A stretch of 64,000 bases of DNA from Syntrophales bacterium (lineage in GTDB: Bacteria > Desulfobacterota > Syntrophia > Syntrophales > UBA2210): positions 1,920,001 through 1,984,000 of the forward strand of contig CAXXKT010000001.1 in assembly GCA_963662405.2 (NCBI GenBank), written 5' to 3'. The notes beneath the pieces are model-generated. The model saw nothing but the letters and a program-made list of their open reading frames with translations. It was not told the origin of the DNA and did not search any database. Of the stretch, positions 29,449 to 37,939 are shown piece after piece (position 1 is the first letter of the stretch; each line of letters opens with the position of its first letter). The translations under genes were made by a program, and so were the position numbers.

Positions 29449-29519
29449 CGCTAACATGTCACTTGAGGGGGATGTGAAAAACGCTGGCGCCTTTCCCCGG
29501 CCTCAGTTCATCGTTACCG
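29449..29519 (+). other. attC recombination site
   Basis: CGCTAAC...TGAGG...CCTCA...GTTACCG imperfect palindrome; CGCTAAC is complementary to GTTAGCG at 27686-27692. Confidence 0.75.
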
Positions 29520-29533
29520 CCGTTGAGTCACAC

Positions 29534-30463
29534 ATGAACATCGATTTGATTGAAAATTATTTTCTACAGAAATACCCTGGCGATGGCCGACGTAAGGCGA
29601 TACGTGAAGAGCTTACAATTTGTTGCATTGATTTTGTAAAGTCTGGATTGGCTGATTCGAATTTCATCAATGAACTGTGTTCCGGTTCGGAAAACAAATT
29701 TTGGTCCCGTCTGTCGGAGGCATTATTATCAGCACGCCTAAAAAACGTAGGACTAATTCCCGAACCATCGCAAGGTGGTGGCCCTGATTTTTATGTAATT
29801 GATAATGGTCTAAAGGTCTGGATCGAAGTTATTTGTCCTGAACCAACAGGTTTACCAACCGAATGGACAGAACCAGAAACGGGTAAAGCGATAAGCTTTC
29901 CGTATGAGCAAATTCTTCTGCGTTAGACAAGCGCCATAAAGGAGAAGGCAGAAAAGTTACTTGGTAGCATGGATGGAGAAGGTAGAGGCTATATTGAAAA
30001 AGGAATTGTCTCTATTGACGACGCATATGTAATCGCTGTTAATGGCCGCAAGCTTCGTAGTGGCAATCCTTTCCCTGAACTTTATGGTATAAGCCAGTTT
30101 CCCTTTGCAGTTGAAGCGGTTTTTGCTGTCGGCCCATATCAGATAAAAATAGATCGCGATACGCTTAAACAAACAGGTGATGGACATCAGCACAGACCGT
30201 TAATAGCAAAACCTAAAGGAATGCCTGTCCCTGCTTACACTTTTCTTGATGAGAGATTTCAGCCAATCAGTGCCATTTGGGCTGTGGATATAGATGGCAC
30301 GTCTGCGATTGGAAACTCAGAGCCAATGGTTGTGGTTCATAATCCAAATGCAGTTAATTCAATATCAACTGGCTTTTTGCCGGCCCATGATGAGTATGTG
30401 GCTACTCCTATCAAAACGGATGAATATGAACTGAAAAGACTTGATGGTAACTTACTTGACTGA
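29534..30463 (+). pseudogene. PD-(D/E)xK-like nuclease-fold gene interrupted by an in-frame TAG (cassette 2)
   Basis: GPDFYV...VWIEVICP; TAG at 29924-29926, and the frame continues into the 29969-30463 ORF. Confidence 0.72.
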
Positions 30464-30504
30464 CGCACAAAAAGCGTGCGCGCCCCACAGCAGAAACGTT
30501 AAGA
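30445..30504 (+). other. attC recombination site (degenerate left arm)
   Basis: TGGTAAC...CGCAC/GTGCG...GTTAAGA; shares gcgcgccccacagcag with the attC at 36637. Confidence 0.65.
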
Positions 30505-30583
30505 TGCTTGTCTGTTCGGCTGCAGCGGACACATCGCTTGAGCCATCGGGCAGCCTGAGACGGTGTGCTAAAGGAATAAAGGC

Positions 30584-31786
30584 ATGAAAAAATATCACGT
30601 CGCATTGTCGTTCGCTGGTGAAGATCGCAATTATGTTGATAACGTCGCAAGAAGATTGCAGGACTGCGGTGTCAAGGTCTTTTATGACAAGTTCGAGGAA
30701 ACCAATTTGTGGGGGAAGGACCTCTACACATACCTGTCAGATGTGTATCAGAATCAGGCGTTTTTCACGGTCATGTTTATCTCTGAGGACTACAAACGGA
30801 AGTTGTGGACAAATCACGAGCGGACAAATGCCCAGGCCCGAGCCTTCTCAGAGAACCGCGAGTACATCCTGCCGGCATTCTTCGATACGAGCGTTGAAGT
30901 TCCGGGAGTACTGAAAACGACTGGATACGTGGACCTCTCAACGCTACCCCCTGAGGAATTCGCAGACAAGATTATCGACAAACTTGAGAAATCAAACGTC
31001 CTACTACTCACGGAGGTGCATTACTCATATTCCGATGTCGCTCGTGCAGACGTAGATTTTCCGATCCGGGACGGAGACGAAGTCTCAGAGATTATCACTG
31101 CCCTTCGATCAAATAACTGGTACACACAGAACCCAGCGATAGAGAAAATCTTCAAGCTTGATTGGAAGAAGCGGACCTCGGATGAGGCATTTGTCCTTGG
31201 ACGGAATATCTATCAATGCGCGGACGGAGGCGAGCGCCGGGCCGAGGCAATCATGAATGACCTACGGCGCGAGTTTGCGAAGTTCCCTGACGAATGGGCC
31301 ACACATATCCTGAATGGCATGTTCTACGAGGCATACTTCAACCACGAGGGGAATTTCAGGGGATCGAAGCTAAAAAGCAAGTTTCTCTCGCACTTATTCG
31401 CTATCGAGACTGTGGCAAAATTCGAAAAGACCATCACGTACATCCAGTACGTGCTCGATCCGTACCGAGGCAGCCTTGGCGTCCTACCGAATAAGTCTCC
31501 CGAGGTGCTGCGGATTAGAGTCAAAATCGAGGAAAAGGACCCACCGGTGGTCACGAGCATAAAGGCTCAAGGGAAGGAGCAACTGGTAACCAGCTCTGAA
31601 GATTTAGACGATCCCGGCTGGCGGTTCTCCTACCGTGGATTTACGTTGGATGGATTCCCCGAGCAGCTCATGAAGTTTTGGAATATCCCAGAGGACCACT
31701 TTGAGATTGATTACGACAAGGATCTTCCAGGCATAACCAAAGTCCACTTGCCCAAGGGGACGACGTTGGGACAACTGAAAGTGTGA
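30584..31786 (+). CDS. TIR domain protein with C-terminal helical domain (cassette 3)
   Basis: YHVALSFAGEDR, VFYDKFE, LWGKDL, FISEDY, WTNHE, YILP. Confidence 0.9.
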   Translation: MKKYHVALSFAGEDRNYVDNVARRLQDCGVKVFYDKFEETNLWGKDLYTYLSDVYQNQAFFTVMFISEDYKRKLWTNHERTNAQARAFSENREYILPAFFDTSVEVPGVLKTTGYVDLSTLPPEEFADKIIDKLEKSNVLLLTEVHYSYSDVARADVDFPIRDGDEVSEIITALRSNNWYTQNPAIEKIFKLDWKKRTSDEAFVLGRNIYQCADGGERRAEAIMNDLRREFAKFPDEWATHILNGMFYEAYFNHEGNFRGSKLKSKFLSHLFAIETVAKFEKTITYIQYVLDPYRGSLGVLPNKSPEVLRIRVKIEEKDPPVVTSIKAQGKEQLVTSSEDLDDPGWRFSYRGFTLDGFPEQLMKFWNIPEDHFEIDYDKDLPGITKVHLPKGTTLGQLKV

Positions 31787-31815
31787 AGCGCTTTTCGGGA
31801 TTATCAGGGGGTGCG

Positions 31816-31941
31816 GCCGAACCTGTAGCTGCAGCAGACAGCCAGGGCCGTGGCATTTCAGACAATACGGAGTAGCTTGAAATTAAACGCATTATCCAAG
31901 TTCAGTGGAGGCCCTGGCTGCTGCTGAGCATGGCGTTACTG
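31816..31941 (+). other. attC recombination site (long)
   Basis: GCCGAAC..GCTGCAGCAGACAGCCAGGGCC...GGCCCTGGCTGCTGCTGAGC..GTTACTG; GCCGAAC is complementary to GTTCGGC at 30514-30520. Confidence 0.85.
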
Positions 31942-32209
31942 ATTACGAAAAGAAATGAGATTATCTCGATCCCAATTGATTCTAACACTTTCAGGAAGGA
32001 GCAGATAATCTACATGAACCTAGAATGTGCAGCCCGAGTTGTGCATCTTTCAACCCGCATTCGATAAGGTTGGCTGACGAATTGTGGTGCTGACTTGTAT
32101 TTGTAGTCAATAAATGTGGGAAATGGATTCGCGGCTTGGCTTTCAATCCGTACTGTTCAGGCAGGATAAAGGAAAATGCCAGAGTGTCGGTTATTGACGC
32201 CACCTACAA
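31939..32209 (+). repeat. Intergenic repeat family A, copy 2 (starts with ctgattacgaa)
   Basis: 222-bp block matching 24493-24714. Confidence 0.92.
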
Positions 32210-32600
32210 AGGCTCAGAACAACTCCGGAGAAAAATCGGTTATTACTGTTTGAACTTGCCCCCTGTAGTTGATAATCTTTCTCCCGGAATAATTTCAGGC
32301 AAACATCCACTGCATCCGCATCGTAAATGATCCCCCGGTTATCCTCGATCTCTTTCAGGGCCGCATCAATACCCAGAGCGGCACGATAGGGACGGTGGGA
32401 GGCCATGGCTTCGACTACGTCGCAAACGGTCAGGATGCGGGCCCCCATGACAATCTCATCCCCCCTCAGGTTTCTCGGATAGCCCGAACCGTCCATCCGC
32501 TCATGGTGTTGGTAGACAATATCTGCCAGAGGCCAGGAAAATTCGATGTCCTTTAGTATGTCATAGCCTGCCTGGACGTGATTTTTGATCAGGTCGAAAT
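32191..32600 (-). pseudogene. 3' remnant of an HD-GYP gene
   Basis: FDLIKNHVQAGYDILKDIEFSWPLADIVYQHHERMDGSGYP...; no HD motif or start; begins directly after the EAL gene stop, out of frame. Confidence 0.85.
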
Positions 32601-35327
32601 TTACCTTTGTTCTGCGGGAACATGTGTGCGCAGCAGATCGGCAAATTGTTCGGGCACAACGGGTTTACTGAAGTAGAACCCCTGCATTTCATCACAGGAG
32701 CGTTCCTGCAGAAAGTCCATTTGCTCCTGAGTTTCCACACCTTCGGCCACAACGGTAAGCCTGAGAGTCTTGCCCATGGCAATGATCGCCTCGGCGATCG
32801 CTTTGTCCCCAGAATTGTCAGGAATGTTACGAATAAAGGATCGATCCACTTTGAGTGTGTCAACTGGGAAGTGTTTGAGCTGGGAGAGAGAAGAGTAGCC
32901 GGTACCGAAATCGTCGATGGCAAGCCTCACACCCAAGTCCTTGATCTTCGAGAGCACCTTGATCATGCGCTTGGGGTTATGCATCACCATACTTTCGGTG
33001 ATTTCAAGCTCCAGCAGATTTGGCTCCATCCCGGATTCGTCCAGCGCTGCTTTGATATCTTCGAGCAGACCGCCATCCATGAGCTGACGGAGTGATAGAT
33101 TTACGGCCATACAGACAGGGGGAAGGCCCTGGTTTTGCCAGGCGACATTCTGGGCACAGGCGGTTTTCATGACCCATCTGCCGATGGGCACTATCAGCCC
33201 TGTCTCTTCGGCTACCGGGATAAGTTGCATGGGAGTCACTGAACCAAGCGATGGGCTCTGCCAGCGCAGCAGGGCTTCCACCCCGGTGATCGCACCGGTC
33301 TTAAAATCAAGCTTGGCCTGATAGTGCAAAGAGAGTTCGTTTCGCTGCAATGCCTCCCGCAGGTTAGTCTCGATCGAGAGGCGTTCGATGGATTGCGTTT
33401 TGATGCCCTTGGAATAAAACTGGTAGTTGTTTTTTCCTTCCTCCTTGGCAAAATACATGGCTATATCGGCATTTTTCATCAAGGTCTGTTCGTCCATGCC
33501 ATCTTTGGGATAGATGCTGATGCCGATACTTGCTGTTACACGGCATTCCTCACCCATGATTGTCATCGGCTTCATGGCGGTAGAAAGGACATTCTTGGCC
33601 ACGGTGGCAATCTTGCTCAGATCACCCACCTCCTCAATCAGTATGACGAATTCATCTCCTCCCAGACGGGCGATGACGTCGACCGCCCGCAGAGCCTGCC
33701 TCAATTGAGTTGCCATTTCCTGTAGCAGCAGGTCGCCGGCTTCGTGCCCCAGTGTGTCGTTGATAATCTTGAAGCGATCCAAGTCGATGAAAAATACAGC
33801 GAGTTCTCGCTTATAACGCTGCGCTGCCTGAATTGCATGGTTCAACAACTGGCTGAACATCAAACGGTTGGGGAGGTCGGTCAGGACATCATGTGTGGCG
33901 AGATACTGAATTTTATCTTCGGCACGTTTGCGCTCGGTGATATCGCGAACAATAGCCTGAATGTACTGTTTACCGGCTATTCTGAAGGCATTCAGGCTGA
34001 CCTCTGCATCAAACAAGGTCCCATCGTAACGACGGGGCGTCCATTCGAAAAACTGCGGCTGACCTTCGACTGCCGCATTCATTCTTTCCCGAGCTTCCTC
34101 CACGGATTTTTTTCCATCAGGCTGAACTTCCGGAAAGAACGGGTCAGGAGGGTGCCCGATGATCTGCTCCCTGGTACACCCGAACATTTCCAATGTCTTT
34201 TTATTGCAGTCAATAAAGATATTCTGATCCATCAGGAAAATAGCGTCACTGGCAGACTCGAAGAGGGTCCGGAATTTGGTTTCGCTTTCCCGCAGAGCCT
34301 CCTCCGCCTCTTTGCGCTCGGTGATGTCACGGTCGATTCCTCGGTAACCGATAAATGCCCCCACCTCATCAAAAACCGGTTCACCACTGGTTTCTAATAC
34401 TACCGGCCTTCCATCCTTATGCAGGTTAATGTTCACCAGTCCCGAGAACGCTTCGTGCGTAGCGATATAACCGCCGAATATACCTGCAACCTCGCTGATC
34501 CCTTCCGGGGGCATTAAATCGAAGGGTGTCTTCCCGATAACCTCTTCAGGTTTGTACCCAAGGATATCCCATACCTTCGGATTGGAATAGGTATATATGC
34601 CTTCGTGATCCACTACCCACATCCAGTCGCTGGACTTTTCGACTAAGTTCCGATACTTCACTTCGCTTGTACACAATGCCTCCTCCGCCCGTCTGCGCTT
34701 GGCAATTTCGCTTTGGAGCTGCTCATTTGTGTTCCGTAGATCTGCTGTGCGTTGTTCAACCCGATCTTCCATGCTTTTCCTGTCCAGCCCCATCTCGCCT
34801 ATGAGCCGGGCCAGGCGAGAAAAGAAATCCATCATCGTTCTCACCTGGTTCTCGGAAAAGATGGGAACCCTGCTCAACGCTGCCAGGTAGTCAGTTTTGC
34901 CAAACCCAAATTCTTCCGCCTGTCGGATAAAGTATTTTTTGTCCGGCGGCTCAAAGAAAAACTGGCCGGTAAAAAAGTTGGCGACGTGTTCGTCGCCGAG
35001 CATGATAGGTACGGCGGCATCAACCAGACCATTCTTGCACTTGTAGACGTTATAGCCCTCTCCTTTTTTCAATTGACCAGCCAGGATGGTGTCGCTTTCC
35101 CGACAGCGACACGCCGTCGTGATGTGGACTCGGTGAAAACGCGTACAAATATCTTGCCATCCGGTGGCGATCAGGATGTTACCTTCCAGGTCAAGGATGG
35201 CCGTCACTGCCCCGGTGATTGCGGTAAAGCTCTCGCATAACTCGCGTAATTCGCTGATATTTACCAGTTCAGCAAACATGAGGCTCTCCCTGTGGGCTTC
35301 CTTGTCCATAACCTGCTCCTTTAACAT
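32601..35327 (-). CDS. PocR sensor + PAS x2 + GGDEF + EAL protein
   Basis: PocR (WQDICTRFHR...CRESD...YKCKNGL); RAVD..RLGGDEF; VEALLRW; DDFGTGYSS. Confidence 0.93.
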   Translation of the reverse strand: MLKEQVMDKEAHRESLMFAELVNISELRELCESFTAITGAVTAILDLEGNILIATGWQDICTRFHRVHITTACRCRESDTILAGQLKKGEGYNVYKCKNGLVDAAVPIMLGDEHVANFFTGQFFFEPPDKKYFIRQAEEFGFGKTDYLAALSRVPIFSENQVRTMMDFFSRLARLIGEMGLDRKSMEDRVEQRTADLRNTNEQLQSEIAKRRRAEEALCTSEVKYRNLVEKSSDWMWVVDHEGIYTYSNPKVWDILGYKPEEVIGKTPFDLMPPEGISEVAGIFGGYIATHEAFSGLVNINLHKDGRPVVLETSGEPVFDEVGAFIGYRGIDRDITERKEAEEALRESETKFRTLFESASDAIFLMDQNIFIDCNKKTLEMFGCTREQIIGHPPDPFFPEVQPDGKKSVEEARERMNAAVEGQPQFFEWTPRRYDGTLFDAEVSLNAFRIAGKQYIQAIVRDITERKRAEDKIQYLATHDVLTDLPNRLMFSQLLNHAIQAAQRYKRELAVFFIDLDRFKIINDTLGHEAGDLLLQEMATQLRQALRAVDVIARLGGDEFVILIEEVGDLSKIATVAKNVLSTAMKPMTIMGEECRVTASIGISIYPKDGMDEQTLMKNADIAMYFAKEEGKNNYQFYSKGIKTQSIERLSIETNLREALQRNELSLHYQAKLDFKTGAITGVEALLRWQSPSLGSVTPMQLIPVAEETGLIVPIGRWVMKTACAQNVAWQNQGLPPVCMAVNLSLRQLMDGGLLEDIKAALDESGMEPNLLELEITESMVMHNPKRMIKVLSKIKDLGVRLAIDDFGTGYSSLSQLKHFPVDTLKVDRSFIRNIPDNSGDKAIAEAIIAMGKTLRLTVVAEGVETQEQMDFLQERSCDEMQGFYFSKPVVPEQFADLLRTHVPAEQR

Positions 35328-35687
35328 AAATTTCTTTTAATCTCGGATACTCATCGCCAGTCGCAGACCATCCTCCGATTCCGGTACGGCGATCAAATGG
35401 ATGTGGTTAGGTTAGGCATAAGGCAATATGCCCATACTTCAACACCGCAACGGGAAGACCATTCAGACAACAGGTTTATGTATTCCTGGTAATCTCCATC
35501 GTTAAAGAAGGTTTCCTCCACGTTGGGTTATATGATGTGGAAATCCTGGGACCACTATTCGTGCTATCCTTGTCATAATATGGAACACTATAGCTGAAGG
35601 TATGCATCTTACTTCAGTTCATGAAAAAAGAAAAGTGATTAATATCGTTCGAAATAAAGTATTAACTTAAAAACTGCCAGGCGCTCT

Positions 35688-35803
35688 CTTTCAGGAAGGA
35701 GCAGATAATCTACATGAACCTAGAATGTGCAGCCCGAGTTGTGCATCTTTCAACCCGCATTCAATAAGGTTGACCGACGAATTGTGGTGATTACTTGTAT
35801 TTG
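35688..35803 (+). repeat. Intergenic repeat family A, copy 3 (partial)
   Basis: First ~116 bp of the repeat A block, with a few mismatches. Confidence 0.88.
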
Positions 35804-36019
35804 AAAGTGTAAACCCCATATTGATTTCCGTCTTATCGAGTACGAGGAAGAATGTTTCAACTTGCTTGAAGTTCAATGGTTATAAAGAAGAATTGCCATG
35901 TTTAGGTTTTATCAGGATCCAGCCAAACATTGTTGGCCTTAAAAGATTGAATGAAACCATAACTTTTTTCTCCTCACTCACCCTTGATCTTTGTACGTCA
36001 ATGGCGCATAATAAGATAT

Positions 36020-36337
36020 ATGAAATTCATTGAAACTCCAATATTCACGAAGGAAGTCCTTGAACTAATGGAGGACGATGAATACAAGGCATTACAAGTT
36101 GCCTTACTGCTGAGGCCTGAACAAGGAGCCATTATTCCCAAATCTGGAGGTCTCCGCAAAGTTCGCTGGGCAATAAAGGGAACAGGGAAACGCGGTGGTC
36201 TCAGGATAATCTATTATTGGGACAAGAAAACAGAGTCTTTCTACATGCTTTATGTTTATCAAAAAAACAAACAAGATGACCTAACGCCAGATCAGCTCCG
36301 GATCTTAAGTCGATTAGTAGAGGAGGAGCTAAAATGA
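36020..36337 (+). CDS. higB: RelE/HigB family toxin (cassette 4)
   Basis: MKFIETPIFTK...GGLRKVRW...GKRGGLRIIYY...YQKNKQDDL; own promoter TTGATC-N17-CATAAT. Confidence 0.9.
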   Translation: MKFIETPIFTKEVLELMEDDEYKALQVALLLRPEQGAIIPKSGGLRKVRWAIKGTGKRGGLRIIYYWDKKTESFYMLYVYQKNKQDDLTPDQLRILSRLVEEELK

Positions 36338-36624
36338 AAGAACAAGACTTTAATAACCTACTCAAAAGCATTAAGCAGGCTGGAAAAATCCGTCGCGGAG
36401 AGATGAAAGCCAGTCGAGTTCATGAGTTTGTTCCCGCTGATATTAAAGCAATCCGGAACCAACTTCACAAGTCTCAGTCTGAATTTGCCATGATGATTGG
36501 AGTAAGTGTATCAACCCTCCAAAATTGGGAACAGGGCCGCCGTACTCCTGAAGGTCCAGCGAGAGCACTTCTCAAAATAGCTGCGGCAAACCCAAAAGTA
36601 GTGGAAGAAGCCCTTTCCGCATGA
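36334..36624 (+). CDS. higA: HigA-like XRE-HTH antitoxin
   Basis: SQSEFAMMIGVSVSTLQNWEQGRRTPEGPARALL; ATGA overlap with the toxin. Confidence 0.9.
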   Translation: MKEQDFNNLLKSIKQAGKIRRGEMKASRVHEFVPADIKAIRNQLHKSQSEFAMMIGVSVSTLQNWEQGRRTPEGPARALLKIAAANPKVVEEALSA

Positions 36625-36636
36625 ACGAAAGATATG

Positions 36637-36695
36637 GGCCAACAATCTGCTGTGAGACTCGCAGAAACCGCGCGCCCCACAGCAGCACATTGGAA
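36637..36695 (+). other. attC site (59 bp; right core reads ATT instead of GTT)
   Basis: GGCCAAC AAT CTGCTGTG...CACAGCAG CAC ATTGGAA; GGCCAAC is complementary to GTTGGCC at 35932-35938. Confidence 0.8.
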
Positions 36696-36711
36696 GTCAG
36701 AAACCTGGAAG

Positions 36712-37014
36712 ATGGGTATACAAAATAACCTAAAGTCAGTCCTTATCCGCGAGGGGTTCACGCAGGCAGAACTTTCCCGGGCCTCGGCTGTGTCAACCGG
36801 AACCACCAATCGCGTTCTGAACCGGCAAAGTTCAGTAGCCTCGATTACTATGTCCAAGATTGTTATTGCTTTCAACATGTCATCTTACAATAAGTACAGC
36901 ATCAGGGGCGTCTTCCCCGCGCGCAGGAAAGAAATCTCCCGCGTCACTCAATCGCCCGATCGCGTAATGCCCGGAGTTTTTGCTCCCCACCCCGTCCACT
37001 GTCCGGACCCATAG
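36712..37014 (+). CDS. XRE-type HTH protein (possibly degenerate)
   Basis: NNLKSVLIREGFTQAELSRASAVSTGTTNRV. Confidence 0.55.
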   Translation: MGIQNNLKSVLIREGFTQAELSRASAVSTGTTNRVLNRQSSVASITMSKIVIAFNMSSYNKYSIRGVFPARRKEISRVTQSPDRVMPGVFAPHPVHCPDP

Positions 37015-37031
37015 CCCTTTGAGAAGGTTTC

Positions 37032-37313
37032 TTACGTAAGGCGGCGAGGGGGCGGCGACGGTGGCGGTCCTTTCGGAAACGGCGACCAGTCACCTCTGAG
37101 GGCTATCCTGTGGGCATCCGCTATCGTCGGGGCACAATCTCTGCACAGATAGCGCAACACGCCTCCGTTACGCCCATGGTACGGACCCGTAACAAACGAC
37201 CACCCCCATGTTCTCCGAAACTCCTGTCTGCACACAACGCACTGACGCCAGAGCAACAGGGGGAACCTCAGAGAGATGCCCTGCTCATATCGCTCTTTGG
37301 GCTCACGCTTCAC
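37032..37313 (-). CDS. Phage hypothetical protein (CxxC...CxxC)
   Basis: Overlaps the upstream gene; GGAGG RBS. Confidence 0.55.
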   Translation of the reverse strand: MKREPKERYEQGISLRFPLLLWRQCVVCRQEFRRTWGWSFVTGPYHGRNGGVLRYLCRDCAPTIADAHRIALRGDWSPFPKGPPPSPPPRRLT

Positions 37314-37617
37314 CTTGCTTCCCTCCGTTCTTCCCTCTTGTCCTCTTTTTCCTTGCCAGCTCGGGGCGGGTGTTCAGTCCTTCGAGGTGACCCAGGATTT
37401 CGCCCATGATGAATTTCTTTCGCCACTCCGCTATGAGCTCAGTGTCCGACATCCATATACCTCCTCCCCCCCGGGACTTTCAGGCTGGAAACCCTCTGTC
37501 TCTTGTCCACGCAAGGATCGTGTCGGCGGAGAGTTTGCAGTGCTCCGTTATCGCCTTCATGCCTATCAGTTCCACGCTACCATCTCCGTGATCCGGGTTT
37601 TTCCCCTTGGGGTTCAT
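37303..37617 (-). pseudogene. AlpA/excisionase-like HTH gene with in-frame TGA at 37480-37482
   Basis: LIGMKAI...W...GFPA*KSRGGGGIWMSDTELIAEWRK, paralogous to the upstream gene. Confidence 0.65.
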
Positions 37618-37937
37618 TTCTTTTCGCTCGCGTTTGTCATGTCCTTGGCCGGCTTCTTTCCCTGATCCTTCTTCCTGTTGCTGACTTTGCGCGCCGGCCG
37701 TGTCATGATCCGGTCGGTTATCATCTCGGCTGCCCCTTTCGGGACAATGCCTTTCAGGACGTATGAGATATACCACTGATCCACAGCGTCGGAGTCTGAC
37801 AGGAGCGTCCCGCCGGGCTTTCCCGTTGATGATACGGCCGGGAACCCGTACTCTTTGATCCACTGTCGGATCTTGTCTTCCCCCACCTCGCCCTTGAAAT
37901 GATCCAGGATTGCCTTCATGCCTATCAATTTTGCCAT
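37614..37937 (-). CDS. AlpA/excisionase-like HTH protein
   Basis: LIGMKAILDHF...IRQWIKEYGFPA...SDSDAVDQW. Confidence 0.7.
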   Translation of the reverse strand: MAKLIGMKAILDHFKGEVGEDKIRQWIKEYGFPAVSSTGKPGGTLLSDSDAVDQWYISYVLKGIVPKGAAEMITDRIMTRPARKVSNRKKDQGKKPAKDMTNASEKK

Positions 37938-37939
37938 GC

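Noticed and set aside
37480..37482. Selenocysteine recoding of the in-frame TGA
   Set aside because: The position is not a Cys-type site in the HTH paralog and no convincing SECIS follows.
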